Shown here: in pieces, positions 1 through 11,153 of the stretch
How positions within the stretch are numbered: the stretch's first letter is position 1
How the letters are laid out: the number at the start of each line of letters is the position of its first letter
From: an uncultured Planctomycetota bacterium
GTDB lineage: Bacteria; Planctomycetota; Planctomycetia; Isosphaerales; Isosphaeraceae
DNA length: 64,000 nucleotides
Reading direction: 5' to 3'
Assembly: GCA_963823665.1 (NCBI GenBank)
Contig: CAWGMQ010000010.1
Location: forward strand, 1,856,001-1,920,000
Notes under the pieces: model-generated
Databases searched by the model: none
The model's input: only the letters and a program-made list of their open reading frames with translations
What the model was told of the DNA's origin: nothing
Program-made: the position numbers and the translations under genes

Positions 1-1242
1 TCGGCGACAATCTCATTGAAGATTGCACCGTCGCCGGGCTCGGCGCCGCCGAAGTGGAACCTTTGTGGGACGTGGATCTGGTCGAAGTCGCGGATCAGCG
101 CCGCGATCCTCGCGGCCGGGTCGCCCCCGCGCGGCGGGACGGGCCCGCGCGGTGCTTCCTTGGCCCGGCGCTCCTGGTCGGCGAGCAGCTCGGCTAGCAC
201 GTTCGCGTTTCGCACGTAGGCCGGTTGCAAGAGGCCCCTGTTGTGATTTGCATTCGGCTGTGGATCCAGCGGCCCTGCCTTCGCCGGGACGGCCTGGCGG
301 TAGCGGTCGAGCCGGCGGGCGGCGTCGAGCGCGACGACGTCGTCTCCCCCGCAGTGAGCTGCGATGAGACGCAAATAAAGCGTCTCCGCCCATCCACGCG
401 AAAGGGAAGGGAAGCTGATGATCTCATCCGCCACGTCGGGACGTGCGTTGTCGGGGGTCCAGGTGGTCGCGGCCGCGTAGAGCGACTCGGCGAGGTCGGC
501 CCGGCCCATCCGGAGGAGCATGCAGAGCGTCAGCGGTGACCGCGGCACGGCCGGTGGCGGCCAGCGAATTTCAAAAAACGGCGAGATCGGGTCGCGGTGT
601 TCCGTCATGGTCCCTTTCCCCACGTTGGGGGTGCTATATTCGAGGAATTGCGGCGACTCGCGACTCTTTTTCAGAACGAGTGCCAGCGCCTGGACGTCAG
701 AATCCAGGTCTACGTTTGCGCCGACGGTGCGCCGCCGGATGCACCAGGCCGTCCCACCCGACGACGAACCGGCCGGCCACGCCGGGCCGCTCTGGAATGA
801 TGAATCCTCGAATCTTCTCCACCCCTCGCCCGTCGTCGACCTCGACCTCCCGATAGTCGCAGCCGCGAGGGTCGGCGGCTTCCAGCTCGAAGAGTGCGGC
901 GGTTGCGTCGACGAGGGAACGGGGAAGCTTCGTCGCCGGGGGCGTCCACGGCAAGCCCCGGCTCGGCGGGTCGGGAATGGTCTTGCCCGCGAGCCTCTGC
1001 GCTTGCCGTTGCGGTTCCGGGCCACGTTCCCCGTTATCGGTGATCGGGAGCTGGGCCTGGATCAATGGGTCGGGAATCTCCGTGCCCGCGACGTTTCGGG
1101 CCGGCTTGACGATCTCTCCCCCGCATGCGACCAGGAGCAACAACGTGGGCAAGAGCCAGCGCGTGACGGTACAGTCTCGGTGTGACGGCCTCTGCCTGAT
1201 TCTCAGGGAATTCGTCGCCATTTTCCTGTGTCTCCCTGTCAT
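1..1242 (-). CDS. Large putative lipoprotein/secreted hypothetical protein, paralogue of 1272-4628; runs off left edge; frameshift near 730
   Basis: ORF 697..1242 (LLLLVACGG...GKTIPDPPS...AADPRGCDYREVEV) aligns with the N-terminus of the 1122-aa ORF. After a 1-nt shift near 730 the homology continues (GRADLAESLYAAATTWTP...IRDFDQIH) to position 1. Confidence 0.8.
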
Positions 1243-1271
1243 GTACCGTGATGACGAGCAGGGCTATCCTT

Positions 1272-4200
1272 CTACTTGTCGGGCTCAATGATCCAGAATT
1301 CCAACCGGTTGGTTGTCCCTTCACCGATCCCCGATTCGGCTCCGAAATTCACTTGCAGCCAGTATCCGCCAGGCTTGAGCCCGGCATACCAGTCGTTCAA
1401 GTCGACCCGCAAAGCCTCGAAGGATTCGGACGGCGCCAGCATCCGGGCCGCGTTGCCGGGATCGAACTGCTCCGTCGGCATCGGTTTCGGAGGCGGGGCG
1501 GAACGGGCACGCAGGAGGGCTTGATCGTCGGGATCGTCGGGACGCTTGTTCAAAACCAGTGACACTCCCCGGCGCAGAGCGGGCTTGCCGTCGGCCCCTG
1601 CGCGGATGAACTCCGTCGGCGCCGACTGCTCGATTCCACGAACATTGTACAAACGAAGCATGACGACGACGGGTTGGCCGGGCTGGAACACGGCGACGGG
1701 GGGCTCGGCCGTCTCGAGTCGTGCCGCGAGGCCGCCCGTCAATTTCAGCCACAACTTGCGGTCGGGCGAGAACTCGATTTCCGAGGCCGGCACACGGGCA
1801 ATCGTCGCATGCCCGACGAAACCGAAATACCGCTCCCAGCGGTCTCCCTTCTTCACTTCCTCCGACTGCCAGACCCAACCGTCCTGGAGAAAATCGCCGA
1901 GGCCCCGAAACCGGCTGGTACTGTGGTCAACCGGGAATGACTTGAGCGCGAGCCAGCGGGCGCGCACCGGATAGCCTGCCGCCAGCGGCGCGGCGCGGGA
2001 CTCTCCCTCCGCGGTCAACGAGAACACGGCGTGGCCCTCTCGGACGTCGTCGGGAGTGGCCGGGTGTGCGAGCGCCGGGAAGCGTAGATAGGCGACCGGG
2101 TTGCGGAAGTTGGGCTCGCCCGGGATGTATTCGGCCGCGAAGCGCGGGCCGTAGCGCCGCAAATACGCGGCGCACGCGGTGATGGCCGCGTCGCGTCGCG
2201 CCTCGGGCCAGGTCAGTGAGCATTCGGGGGCGCCGTCGAGCGCCGAGATCTTCCACGCGACATAATCGCACGTGCGCATGGGCACTGCGACCCCTTGCCT
2301 TTCTGCGGGATCGGGAACCCGCACGTCGGAGAAACCACCGTTCTGACCCGACACAAGCGTGTACTGAACCACGCCGCGCGGCTGTCGCACTGCCGTTCCT
2401 ACCTTCGCGTTGTCGGCCAGGGCGGCGAGCAGGGCCTCGCGGTACGCGGGAACGCACACCAGTGGCGAATCGATCTGGTCCATGTACTGATGATCGCGCC
2501 GGCCCTCTTTGACCGGAACGAGCGGCAGCCAGTGGGATTGCGGGTCGACGAACATCGCGTGCGCGGCCTTGGACAGCGCCGGGTGGTCCGGGTAAGTCCA
2601 CAATGGCTCGAGTGCGTCACGCCAGTCGTGTTCGATCGTTTCCGGTTCGATAAACTGAACCCATGCGGCGTATTCGTCGAGGGACTCGCGGTCACCGGCC
2701 CGAGCGCGCACGATCGTGAATTCGGCGATGTAGTGGGCGTAAAAGCCGGACTGCGACTGCTGTGGGTCGAGCGACCGTTCGCGGCAGGCCGTCATGAGTG
2801 ACTTGATTGTGGGCAGCGACGCGACCTCGTCCCACCAGGTGAACCTGAGCGCAAGGTTGCAGGCTTCGAGCAGCTCGGCCCGCGCCTTGCCGGTTCCTGC
2901 CATCTCCTGGCAACGACGGGTGAGTAGCTCCGAGACGGTGGGGCTGCGCAGTTTGCGAAGCGGCTCGCCGCGTAGCGCGCCGGGCTTCGGCTGCCCCGGC
3001 CTCCTCACGGTGAAGTAGCCCGTCAAGGAGGGTGGGACGCCGGGTGCCTGAATGAGGCTCGACGCTGCCTCGATCCAGCGGGCCGGGCCGGCGGAGTCGT
3101 CGCGCAGGCTCCGATACCAGCGCTCAACCAAGGGTACCGAGGCGTTCTTCTCCCAGAACGCGCGGGCTGCGTGCGCCAGGCGTTTGCGGCCCTCAGCAGT
3201 CTCTAATTCGGCGTGGTCGGACCCGTCGTCCAGGAAGCGCTCGGACTTGAGGAGGCGCTGGAGCGCGGCGTAGACGGCCAAGTTGACCGGCCGCGTGTGG
3301 TCGATCCCCGAGCGGCTAGCAATGCAGCGGGTCAGCCTGGTGTCCGATTCGAGCGCGGCCAGCAAGGGGCCGACGGCGCGGTCGCCCTCGGCAACCACTT
3401 CTTTGACAATTTCGCCGGTGCCGGGGTTGGGCACGGAGTTGTGGAAAATTTGCGTGACATGAATCTGGTCGAAGTCGCGGATCAGCGCCGCGATCCTGGC
3501 GGCCGGGTCGCCACCGGGCGGCGGGACAGGCCCGCGCGGTGCTTCCTTGGCCCGGCGCTCCTGATCGGCCAGTAGCGCCGCTATCGCATTTGCGTTTCGC
3601 ACGTAGGCCGGTCCCAGAACGAGCAGGCGGCGCGGTGTCTTGGGCTCAGCGGCGGGCGCGCCTGGCTTCGCCGCGAGGGCCTGGCGGAAGCGGTCGAGCC
3701 GGCGGGCGGCGTCGAGCGCGACGGCATCGTCTGCCGTGCAATGAGCTGCGATCAGCCGGGAGTAGACGGTGTCGGCCCAACCACGCGACAGGGAAGGGAA
3801 GCTGATGTTCTCATCCGTCAGGTCGGGGCGTGCGTTCTCAGGGGTCCAGGTGGTCGCGGCGGCGTAGAGCGACTCGGCGAGGTCGGCCCGGCCCAGGCGG
3901 AGGAGCGTGCAGAGCGTGAGCGGCCCACGCGGCACGGCCGTCGCCGGCCCGCGATCGTCGAAAAACGGGGAAATCGCTTCACGGTGTTCCGTCGTCTTCC
4001 CGGTTCCTACGCTGGTGGACCGATATTCGAGGAATTTTGGCGACTCGCGGCTCTTTTTCAGAACAACGGCGAGGGCCTGGACGTCGGACTCCAGGTCTGC
4101 TCTTGCGCCGACGCTGAGCGCCGGACGCACCACGCCGTCCCATCCGACGACGAACCGGCCGGGCACGCCGGGACGCTCTGGCATCACGAATCCTCGGGCC

Positions 4201-4628
4201 TTCCGCACCACTCGCCAGTCGCCGACCTCGACCTCCCGGTAGTCGCAGCCGCGCGGGTCGGCGGCTCCCAGCTCGAAGAGAGCGGCAGTCGCGTCGAGGA
4301 CGGATCGCGGCAGCTTGGTCGCCGGGGGCGTCCACGGCACGCCCTGGCTCGGCGGGTCGGGTATGGTCTTGCCCGCGAATTTTGGCGCTTGCGGTTCAGG
4401 TTCCTGGCCGGCTCGCAAGATTTGCGTGATCGCAGGTTCGTCCTGATTTGTGGGATCGGAGATCGTGTTCCCCGCGACATTCGGCGCCGGCTCTACCAGC
4501 TCTCCCCCGCACACGACCGCCAACAACATCGTCGGGACGAGCCCGCCCATGCTCGCACCGGCTCGGCTTCCCTGCCTCCGCATGTTTCTGAGGCCATTCG
4601 GCGTCATATTCGTATTCCTCACGTTCAT
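1272..4628 (-). CDS. Large secreted/lipoprotein-like hypothetical protein (about 1120 aa)
   Basis: Long uninterrupted ORF with hydrophobic LLAVVCGG segment. Start at 4628 is chosen because the upstream sequence and ATG are conserved with the paralogue starting at 1242. Confidence 0.85.
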   Translation of the reverse strand: MNVRNTNMTPNGLRNMRRQGSRAGASMGGLVPTMLLAVVCGGELVEPAPNVAGNTISDPTNQDEPAITQILRAGQEPEPQAPKFAGKTIPDPPSQGVPWTPPATKLPRSVLDATAALFELGAADPRGCDYREVEVGDWRVVRKARGFVMPERPGVPGRFVVGWDGVVRPALSVGARADLESDVQALAVVLKKSRESPKFLEYRSTSVGTGKTTEHREAISPFFDDRGPATAVPRGPLTLCTLLRLGRADLAESLYAAATTWTPENARPDLTDENISFPSLSRGWADTVYSRLIAAHCTADDAVALDAARRLDRFRQALAAKPGAPAAEPKTPRRLLVLGPAYVRNANAIAALLADQERRAKEAPRGPVPPPGGDPAARIAALIRDFDQIHVTQIFHNSVPNPGTGEIVKEVVAEGDRAVGPLLAALESDTRLTRCIASRSGIDHTRPVNLAVYAALQRLLKSERFLDDGSDHAELETAEGRKRLAHAARAFWEKNASVPLVERWYRSLRDDSAGPARWIEAASSLIQAPGVPPSLTGYFTVRRPGQPKPGALRGEPLRKLRSPTVSELLTRRCQEMAGTGKARAELLEACNLALRFTWWDEVASLPTIKSLMTACRERSLDPQQSQSGFYAHYIAEFTIVRARAGDRESLDEYAAWVQFIEPETIEHDWRDALEPLWTYPDHPALSKAAHAMFVDPQSHWLPLVPVKEGRRDHQYMDQIDSPLVCVPAYREALLAALADNAKVGTAVRQPRGVVQYTLVSGQNGGFSDVRVPDPAERQGVAVPMRTCDYVAWKISALDGAPECSLTWPEARRDAAITACAAYLRRYGPRFAAEYIPGEPNFRNPVAYLRFPALAHPATPDDVREGHAVFSLTAEGESRAAPLAAGYPVRARWLALKSFPVDHSTSRFRGLGDFLQDGWVWQSEEVKKGDRWERYFGFVGHATIARVPASEIEFSPDRKLWLKLTGGLAARLETAEPPVAVFQPGQPVVVMLRLYNVRGIEQSAPTEFIRAGADGKPALRRGVSLVLNKRPDDPDDQALLRARSAPPPKPMPTEQFDPGNAARMLAPSESFEALRVDLNDWYAGLKPGGYWLQVNFGAESGIGEGTTNRLEFWIIEPDK

Positions 4629-4919
4629 GTGCCGGAACAACGAAAAGGGCTATCCTTGTATGTTGAACTTGCCCTCCGGCGATGTTAACAAGAACGCCAC
4701 GCAATTGCTGCCGATTCAGAGCGGATTCCAGAACACCGGCGAATTCATTCGCGGTGCACGCACCGGCTCGGCGATATGCGGCCGATCGCTGTATGTAAAA
4801 CGGCGAGCCCTGGCGTTCCTTAGAAAATTCCTTCGGCCATCAGCAATTGGAGACGGACACGCGATCGGATGGTGTGGACGTCACACCGACGAGATCGTCC
4901 GATCCGGAGGCCCGATTTC

Positions 4920-5778
4920 ATGCCGACCACGGATGAAGCTACGGTTGTCGCGCCTGCTCCGACGAATGCTGTGCCGACGAGCAAAATGCGTCAATTGCTG
5001 CTCAGGCGGCTCCGACAACTGTTGCGGGCGACGATTGCTCTGGCGATTTGCCTCACGATCGCTGCTATGGGTCTTGGAATCCGGTGGCTGACGTGTCTGA
5101 ACGGGCTTCCGGACATTGGCGAGCCGTTCGATGTGGCGGCGTTCCGCAGCTTCCGCGTTCCCGACGATCAGAATGCCTTCGCCTATCTGAGGCAAGCGAA
5201 CGCAAAGCTCACCCCGATTCGAGGGGAGAAGGGGGATCATGGGACATACCCGGGCGGTCCGAAATTCTCGTGGTCAAGCGCGAGCCCGAGCGCAGCCGGC
5301 GCGTGCTGCGGTTGCTCTGCGCAGCTACCTGGCGCGTGCGGAAGCTCGCGAGCGGCCGCCAAGCGCGCCGGCTGTCTGGGCCATGTTCACATACCAGACC
5401 TCGACGAACCCGATCCGAACGGGCAAAATCAGCGTGCCGCTTTATCCCGCCAGTCCGAAAGCACCGGAGGAAGCTCGAGCGCTACCGCCTGAGAAGCTCG
5501 CGGGCTGGCTGGTCTCGACCCTCGACGCCAGGTTAGAAGTCGTATCGTCTCATAACCAGCTTTGGCCATGGCCACCGGAACGGATGGTGGACAGCAGGGG
5601 TGACGCGGACCGCACTGCCCACCGCGCCTTGGTCATCATGATGGCGACGGAGCTTTATCACCGCGAACGAGGAAGCCTCCCGCTTTCGGAAGAGGCCCTG
5701 GTTGGGACGTATCTCAAGAGCTTGCCCGAGGGATACTCGCCTGATGTGAACGATGGAACGGCGCCGGTCATCGAGTAG
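4920..5778 (+). pseudogene. Membrane-anchored hypothetical protein with internal deletion/frame break near 5285
   Basis: N-terminal TM followed by GLPDIGEPFDVAAF in one frame. C-terminal LYHRERGSLPLSEEALVGTYLKSLP lies in another frame, joined abruptly. Confidence 0.65.
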
Positions 5779-5892
5779 CTGGGAGGCGCGTCAGGCGTGT
5801 GGGGTGCATCGAAGTGGACGCGAAGGGAAGCAATGGTCAAGATGGGATGGAGGCCACGCTTACGGTATTGCCCGATCTGGAGGTGAGATTCC

Positions 5893-6138
5893 ATGTCGAT
5901 CGCGGATGATGCGCTTGATATCGCGCCGGCTGGGGCCAAGAACAAAGCGGGCCGATCGCCGCAAAACGGATCCGGCCGCTTTGAGCGTGCCACGATCGTG
6001 CTGGTGGTCTGCGTTGCGGTCGTCGCCATGGCTCTTGTCATTTTGTGGCTCTCGAGCTGGAACCAGGATGGGCTTCCCGACATCGGCGATCCGGAGGAAA
6101 TTGCGGCGGTGCGGGCCTTGGACGGTGCGGGTATCTGA
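5893..6138 (+). pseudogene. Truncated paralogue of the 4920 gene (TM + GLPDIGDP only)
   Basis: Shares the upstream ccgatc(c/t)ggagg SD region, TM helix and GLPDIGDP motif. Stops after 81 aa. Confidence 0.6.
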
Positions 6139-6214
6139 CCTGGCGCCGATTCTTGCGACCGTCAGTTCGAGTGCCGTGGGCTCCAGTGACTCGAGAGATC
6201 GAAGGATCTGTCTG

Positions 6215-7241
6215 ATGAACCGCGTGGGCATTACTGCAGCATTCATGTGCCTGGACCTATGTTGTGCGTGGGCATGCGCCTCCGAGCCTGCTGGCGAGGA
6301 ACGGACCCATTACCCCACGTTCGGCGTGGCGTTCAGCCAGCCGAAGGGCTGGATTGAGCAGACCAGAGACAAATCGAAGACCATCGCGTGGTGGATCAGC
6401 CCGGACTCTGCGCCAGCGAAGCCCCTGGCAATCATCATGGTTGAGTGCGGCCAGACTTCGGATCACTCCCTGGATGAGGTCGCTCGGGGGCTGGCGAAGA
6501 ACTTTCATGGCGAGGTCGATGGCTCGCCGACGACGCTGGGCGGCACGCACGCCCTCCGGGTGGTCGCAAAGAACGATGGTCGCACAATTCGCCCGGTGGA
6601 GGCCGTCGTCACGATCCACGACGGACTACTGTACCTGGTGATGGGCGGCGCGGTGACCGGACACTCCGTCAAGGATGAGCTTGAGGCCATCCGCGCGAGC
6701 TGGGACTGGACGGCGATCGAACCGCCCTACAAGCACTTGGAGTTTCGCGCCAAGCCGTTGTCCCTCGCCAAAGGAGCGGCGACGATTAACGTGCCTGCAT
6801 TAATGCACACCTATCCTGATGAGCATCCCGACCAGGTCCTGGACCTCGGGCTGCACAATGTTCTCCGGAACGAGCCGGACTTCCTCGCCTACGCTCAAGT
6901 CGTGACGATGGCCGAGGGGCAGTCTTTCGCCGATTATCGAATCGGGCTCTCCGAAAGACTGCGCGCAAGGCACGATTCAGGAACCAATTGCATGGCAGAC
7001 GCGGGAAAACGACCCATCGCGGGTCGTATCTCAGACGATCCAGATCCAGGCACCGAACAAGGCCGGTAAGCCGACGCGCATGCTGATTCGATGGGCGCTC
7101 GTGAAACTCGACGACCGCCGGATCGTCTCGGTTAACTTCACCCTTCCTCATGGGGCGCCCGGGGTCCCCGGCGCCTATAGCACGGTCATGGATCGGATTG
7201 TGGATTCCATCCATCCCGGCGTAGGTGGACGCCCAGATTAG
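6215..7241 (+). CDS. Secreted hypothetical protein, possibly tandem PsbP/DcrB-like domains; frameshift near 6965
   Basis: Signal-peptide-like N-terminus followed by FGVAFSQPKGW. After a shift in a gcgcgc run the frame continues AQGTIQEPIAWQ...VDSIHPGVGGRPD to a stop at 7241. Confidence 0.65.
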
Positions 7242-7577
7242 CGGACAGATTAACCCTGCCGGGACGGGTCAATCGGCGAGCGAGCCAGGGGCAAGTGTCA
7301 GAACTTACCGAAGGCCAGCCGTGCGACAGCCCCGGATGACGACGTGGCGGTGAAGGCCTCGGACGCCGGCGGCGTTCAGAAAGACTTCACATCATGAATG
7401 ATCACTCACTTCAGGCGTAGCGGAATCGTGCTCAACCGTCATGGCGGCGCAGAGCTTTGCCCCATGCTCCGTCACCTCACGCATTCGTGATTGACGGGCA
7501 TTGACGCGCGAGATGGACTTCGTATAGTTCCGATTCAGGATGCGGACGCGACGCTCGCGGCCAACCGAGTCAGCTTC

Positions 7578-9701
7578 ATGAGTCGTTCACGGAGGTCGAT
7601 CATGTACGGAGCCGTCTTGTTTCTGAGCCTGCTCTCCTCGGCGCCCTGTGCGGTTGCCGACGACGACAAGCCACCCGCCAGTCGTCTGCCCGCGGGGTGC
7701 GAGGTCGTGATGGCCCCTGGAATGAGGATCACCGCAAAGACGCCCGTGGGGACGATTTTGATCACTGCGGTCGATGAATTGACGCGCGCGTATACCTGGG
7801 ACGGGGCGACCCGGGCGGTCGAGATGGAGCCCCGTCGATCGAGGTTTCTCGGCAGTCTCGGCTTGTTTTACGATTCCACAGGTGAGCATTGGCGCGACCA
7901 CGGCGGTATCAACCGCTGCTTCACGAAAGAGGGTCAGCAGCACAAACGTTCGGTTGAGGAGGCGATAGATTGGATCAAGGAGCCCGACCGCGTTGCCTCG
8001 GTTTACCGAAACGACGGGCTGATGGTCGGGTGGCGCAAGAATCTGCCTGGGGGGAGTAGTTTGGAGGTCGAGGTCTGGCAGATTCTCGTCGACGGGAAGA
8101 AACCGGCACAACTCCCTGGCAGCCAAGACGACAAGATTGTTGTCGAAACGGTGGAGACCGAAACTTCGCCGCTGGTGCGCGCGGTCGCGACCAATGATCT
8201 CAGCGCGGTCAGCGCCTTGCTGGCCAAAGGGGCCGACGCCAATGGCAAAAACAGCGTGGAGATACCGGTTCTGGTCACGGCGATCCGGCGCGACTCGGCC
8301 CCAATCGTCGAGGCACTGCTGAAACACAAGGCCGACCCCAATGTCCGAGAGATCGATACCGATTGGACCCCGCTCTGGAAGGCGCTCAAACTGAACGCCG
8401 GCGACCGAATCGCCATCATCAAGATGCTGTTGGCGGCGGGTGCGGACGTGAATGCGACGAGCGGGAAGGCGGAGGATCAGGGCATCACACCGCTGATGGC
8501 TGTCGCACTCGACGACGGCGCGGACATGGTTCAGCTTTTTCTTGACAAGGGCGCCGACGTCAACGCCAGGACGGCGGGTGGTGAGACCGCCCTCTCTTTG
8601 GCGAAGTGGTCCGAGCTGAAGGATAAAGAGGCTGTTATTCGAAAGCTCGAAGCGGCGCGGGCAAAGACTGCGCTTTCCGGTGACGCCAAGGCACGAGCGG
8701 GCGGTCGCCCGGCGCGATCCGAGCTCGTGATGCCGCCCGGAATGAGGATCACCGCGACGACGCCCGTGGGGACGATCGCGATCACCGCGGTCGATGAACG
8801 GACGAGAGCTTACACTTGGGACGGTGCGACCCGGGCGGTCGAGCGGTCGTCCGAAACGGCCAGGGTCCTGGGAGGCGCCGGCGCATTCCATTGTTCGTTC
8901 GACGAGCATTGGCGCGATCATCACGGCATCTCGCGCGGCCTCACGAGGGAAGGGCAGAAGCACTTCAAGACGGTTTTCGAGGCGATGAAATGGATCAGGG
9001 AGCCCGACCAAGCCACGTTTGTCTACCGCAATGACGGGCTAGTCGTCGGGTGGGAGAAGGTGACGGACGATAAGGTGCTCACGGTCGAGGTCTGGCAGAT
9101 CTTCGTGGACGGGAAGAAACCGAAGCGACTGCCAGGCAGCGGGGATGACAAGATTGTCGTTGAGACTGTCGAGACGGAAACCTCGCCGCTCGTGAAATCG
9201 GTCGCGAGCGACGATCTCAAGGCGGTCACCGCGCTCCTGGCCGGCGGGGCCGACGCCAATGTGAAAAACAGCGTCGAGATTCCGGTTCTGGTGATGGCGA
9301 TCCGGCACGGGCCGGCCGCCATCGTCGAGGCTTTGCTCAAGAACGGGGCGGATCCCAACGTCCGGAATGTCGACACCGATTCGACCCCACTCATCGAGAT
9401 GTTCTACCGGAAAGAGCCCGACGGTAAAGCCATCGCCAAAATGCTGCTGGCCGCGGGCGCGGACATGAGTGCGGCGAGCCGGAAGCCGGGATCCAAGATC
9501 ACGGACGCCACGCCCCTCATGATTGCGGCAGCCGATGGATGCGACGACCTGGTTCAGCTCTTCATTGACAAAGGCGCAGACGTGAATGCGAAGATGCCAG
9601 ATGGCCACACGGCTCTCTGGATGGCGAAGTCGTTCGGCGTGAACAAGGAAGATAACAAAGGCGTGATTCGCAAGCTGATTGCGGCGGGGGCGAAAGAGTA
9701 G
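7578..9701 (+). CDS. Secreted ankyrin-repeat protein with duplicated [unnamed domain + ankyrin] module
   Basis: Signal peptide. Ankyrin motifs (TPLM.A, LL..GADVNA). Two homologous halves starting VMAPGMRITAKTPVG and VMPPGMRITATTPVG. Confidence 0.9.
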   Translation: MSRSRRSIMYGAVLFLSLLSSAPCAVADDDKPPASRLPAGCEVVMAPGMRITAKTPVGTILITAVDELTRAYTWDGATRAVEMEPRRSRFLGSLGLFYDSTGEHWRDHGGINRCFTKEGQQHKRSVEEAIDWIKEPDRVASVYRNDGLMVGWRKNLPGGSSLEVEVWQILVDGKKPAQLPGSQDDKIVVETVETETSPLVRAVATNDLSAVSALLAKGADANGKNSVEIPVLVTAIRRDSAPIVEALLKHKADPNVREIDTDWTPLWKALKLNAGDRIAIIKMLLAAGADVNATSGKAEDQGITPLMAVALDDGADMVQLFLDKGADVNARTAGGETALSLAKWSELKDKEAVIRKLEAARAKTALSGDAKARAGGRPARSELVMPPGMRITATTPVGTIAITAVDERTRAYTWDGATRAVERSSETARVLGGAGAFHCSFDEHWRDHHGISRGLTREGQKHFKTVFEAMKWIREPDQATFVYRNDGLVVGWEKVTDDKVLTVEVWQIFVDGKKPKRLPGSGDDKIVVETVETETSPLVKSVASDDLKAVTALLAGGADANVKNSVEIPVLVMAIRHGPAAIVEALLKNGADPNVRNVDTDSTPLIEMFYRKEPDGKAIAKMLLAAGADMSAASRKPGSKITDATPLMIAAADGCDDLVQLFIDKGADVNAKMPDGHTALWMAKSFGVNKEDNKGVIRKLIAAGAKE

Positions 9702-9708
9702 GGCGCGG

Positions 9709-10566
9709 TTACTCGAACACGACGGTGCGCACCCCCTGAACCAAAACGCGGTCTTGCAAGTGCCAGCGGACGGCTTGAGCGAGCACGCGGCGCTCGACCT
9801 CGCGGCCGATGCGGATCATGTCGTCGACTTCGTCCTTGTGGGAAATGTGGGCGACGTCCTGGTGGATGATCGGGCCGGCGTCGAGCTCGGCCGTGACGTA
9901 ATGGGCGGTTGCCCCGATGATCTTCACGCCGCGGTCGTGGGCCTGGCGATAGGGGTCGGCGCCGATGAACGCCGGCAGGAACGAGTGATGGATATTGATG
10001 ATCGGCCGGCGATATGATTCGAGCAATTGCGGTGAAAGGATCTGCATGTAGCGTGCCAGGACGACCAGGTCGATCTCGTGCTCGAGCAAGAGCTTCGCGA
10101 CGCGCGCCTCCTGATCGGCCTTTGAGGCGGGTGACACGTGAAGGTGATGGAACTGGATACCGTGCGCCTCGACCTTGGACCTCAAGGCTTCGTGATTGGA
10201 GATGACAAACGGAATCTCGGCGTCGAGCTCGCCGGCCTCCCAGCGCCACAGGAGGTCGACCAGGCAATGCCCGCCTTTTGAAACCAGGATCGCCATGCGC
10301 TTCGGGCGGTCGGTGTAGCTCACTCGCCAGCGCATCGTGTGCTGCCGTGCCAGCGGTGCAAAAGCCGCGTCGAATTCGTCGCGACCCAGGCCGAAGCGAT
10401 CGCCTTCGATCTCCATCCTCATGAAGAAGCTACCACTGGGCGGGTCGCTGACGTGCTGGTCGGCACTCAGGATGTTGCCGTTGTGGAGGGCGATGAAGCT
10501 GGAGACGGCCGCAATCACACCCTTGTGGTCGGGGCAGTCGATCAGGAGACGGATGTTGTAGCTCAT
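9709..10566 (-). CDS. purU: Formyltetrahydrofolate deformylase
   Basis: N-terminal ACT domain (CPDHKGVIAAVS), plus LARYMQIL, INIHHSFLPAF and GATAHYVT..LDAGPII. Confidence 0.97.
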   Translation of the reverse strand: MSYNIRLLIDCPDHKGVIAAVSSFIALHNGNILSADQHVSDPPSGSFFMRMEIEGDRFGLGRDEFDAAFAPLARQHTMRWRVSYTDRPKRMAILVSKGGHCLVDLLWRWEAGELDAEIPFVISNHEALRSKVEAHGIQFHHLHVSPASKADQEARVAKLLLEHEIDLVVLARYMQILSPQLLESYRRPIINIHHSFLPAFIGADPYRQAHDRGVKIIGATAHYVTAELDAGPIIHQDVAHISHKDEVDDMIRIGREVERRVLAQAVRWHLQDRVLVQGVRTVVFE

Positions 10567-10608
10567 GGGTGAAGGTCAATATAGACGCACCACCGGTTTG
10601 CGGGAAGA

Positions 10609-10687
10609 GCTCACGCAAAGGAGCTTGATTATTCGGGCAGATTGGATGAAGGAGAAAGTCAAGAAGGGCTCACGCAAAGGCGCAAAG
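10609..10687 (+). repeat. Short direct repeat gctcacgcaaagg (10609-10621, 10668-10680, second followed by cgcaaag); REP-like remnant
   Basis: Two identical 13-mers seen in the intergenic sequence. Confidence 0.5.
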
Positions 10688-10724
10688 AGAAGAAAGACAC
10701 CAAGAAGGGAAGATGCGACCCGCG

Positions 10725-10915
10725 AGCGATCGGTGCCGCACTTGGCGAAGTCGGAGGAGGCTTCGGGTCGTCGATCCGTGCCGCGACCACGGCAGCAGCT
10801 CCGAGAGACGCAAGCGCCGCCACTGCCAGGATGGTCGCAGTCGCGAATTTGAGCCGGGTCATGAGCAAGCTCCTGATGATGGAGTGGGTCAAGGCCGCGA
10901 CGGCGGCCGGGATCG
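10725..10915 (-). pseudogene. Remnant of the linker + TM segment of a planctomycete ECF sigma factor
   Basis: PAAVAALTHSIIRSLLMTRLKFATATILAVAALASLG resembles ALAQEVLRSMMIHKVKYAALTL in the ECF at 11154. No sigma domain is present. Confidence 0.6.
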
Positions 10916-11153
10916 GTCCGTTCGCTCCTGGGACTGGCTTCTTGCCGCTCACCAAGATTATAAGAGGGTCAGGATAGTCGACACGCACCGATTTTCTGGT
11001 AGCGTCCGGATCTTGAACGTGCATGGTGGCGTTCTTCGCTTTTCCGGACAACCCGGGAGAAAAACGCCGGCATCCGGGCAGTAGTCGACGTGGGGATGAA
11101 ACAACGCGGCATCGGTTTGGCGAACGTTCTTGATCCGGAGGGGGCGTGACAGG

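Noticed and set aside
7245..7490. gcaagt-gtcaga-acttac palindrome and a cadherin-like scrap (VAVKASDAGGVQKDFT)
   Set aside because: Both are too short to distinguish from chance without a search.
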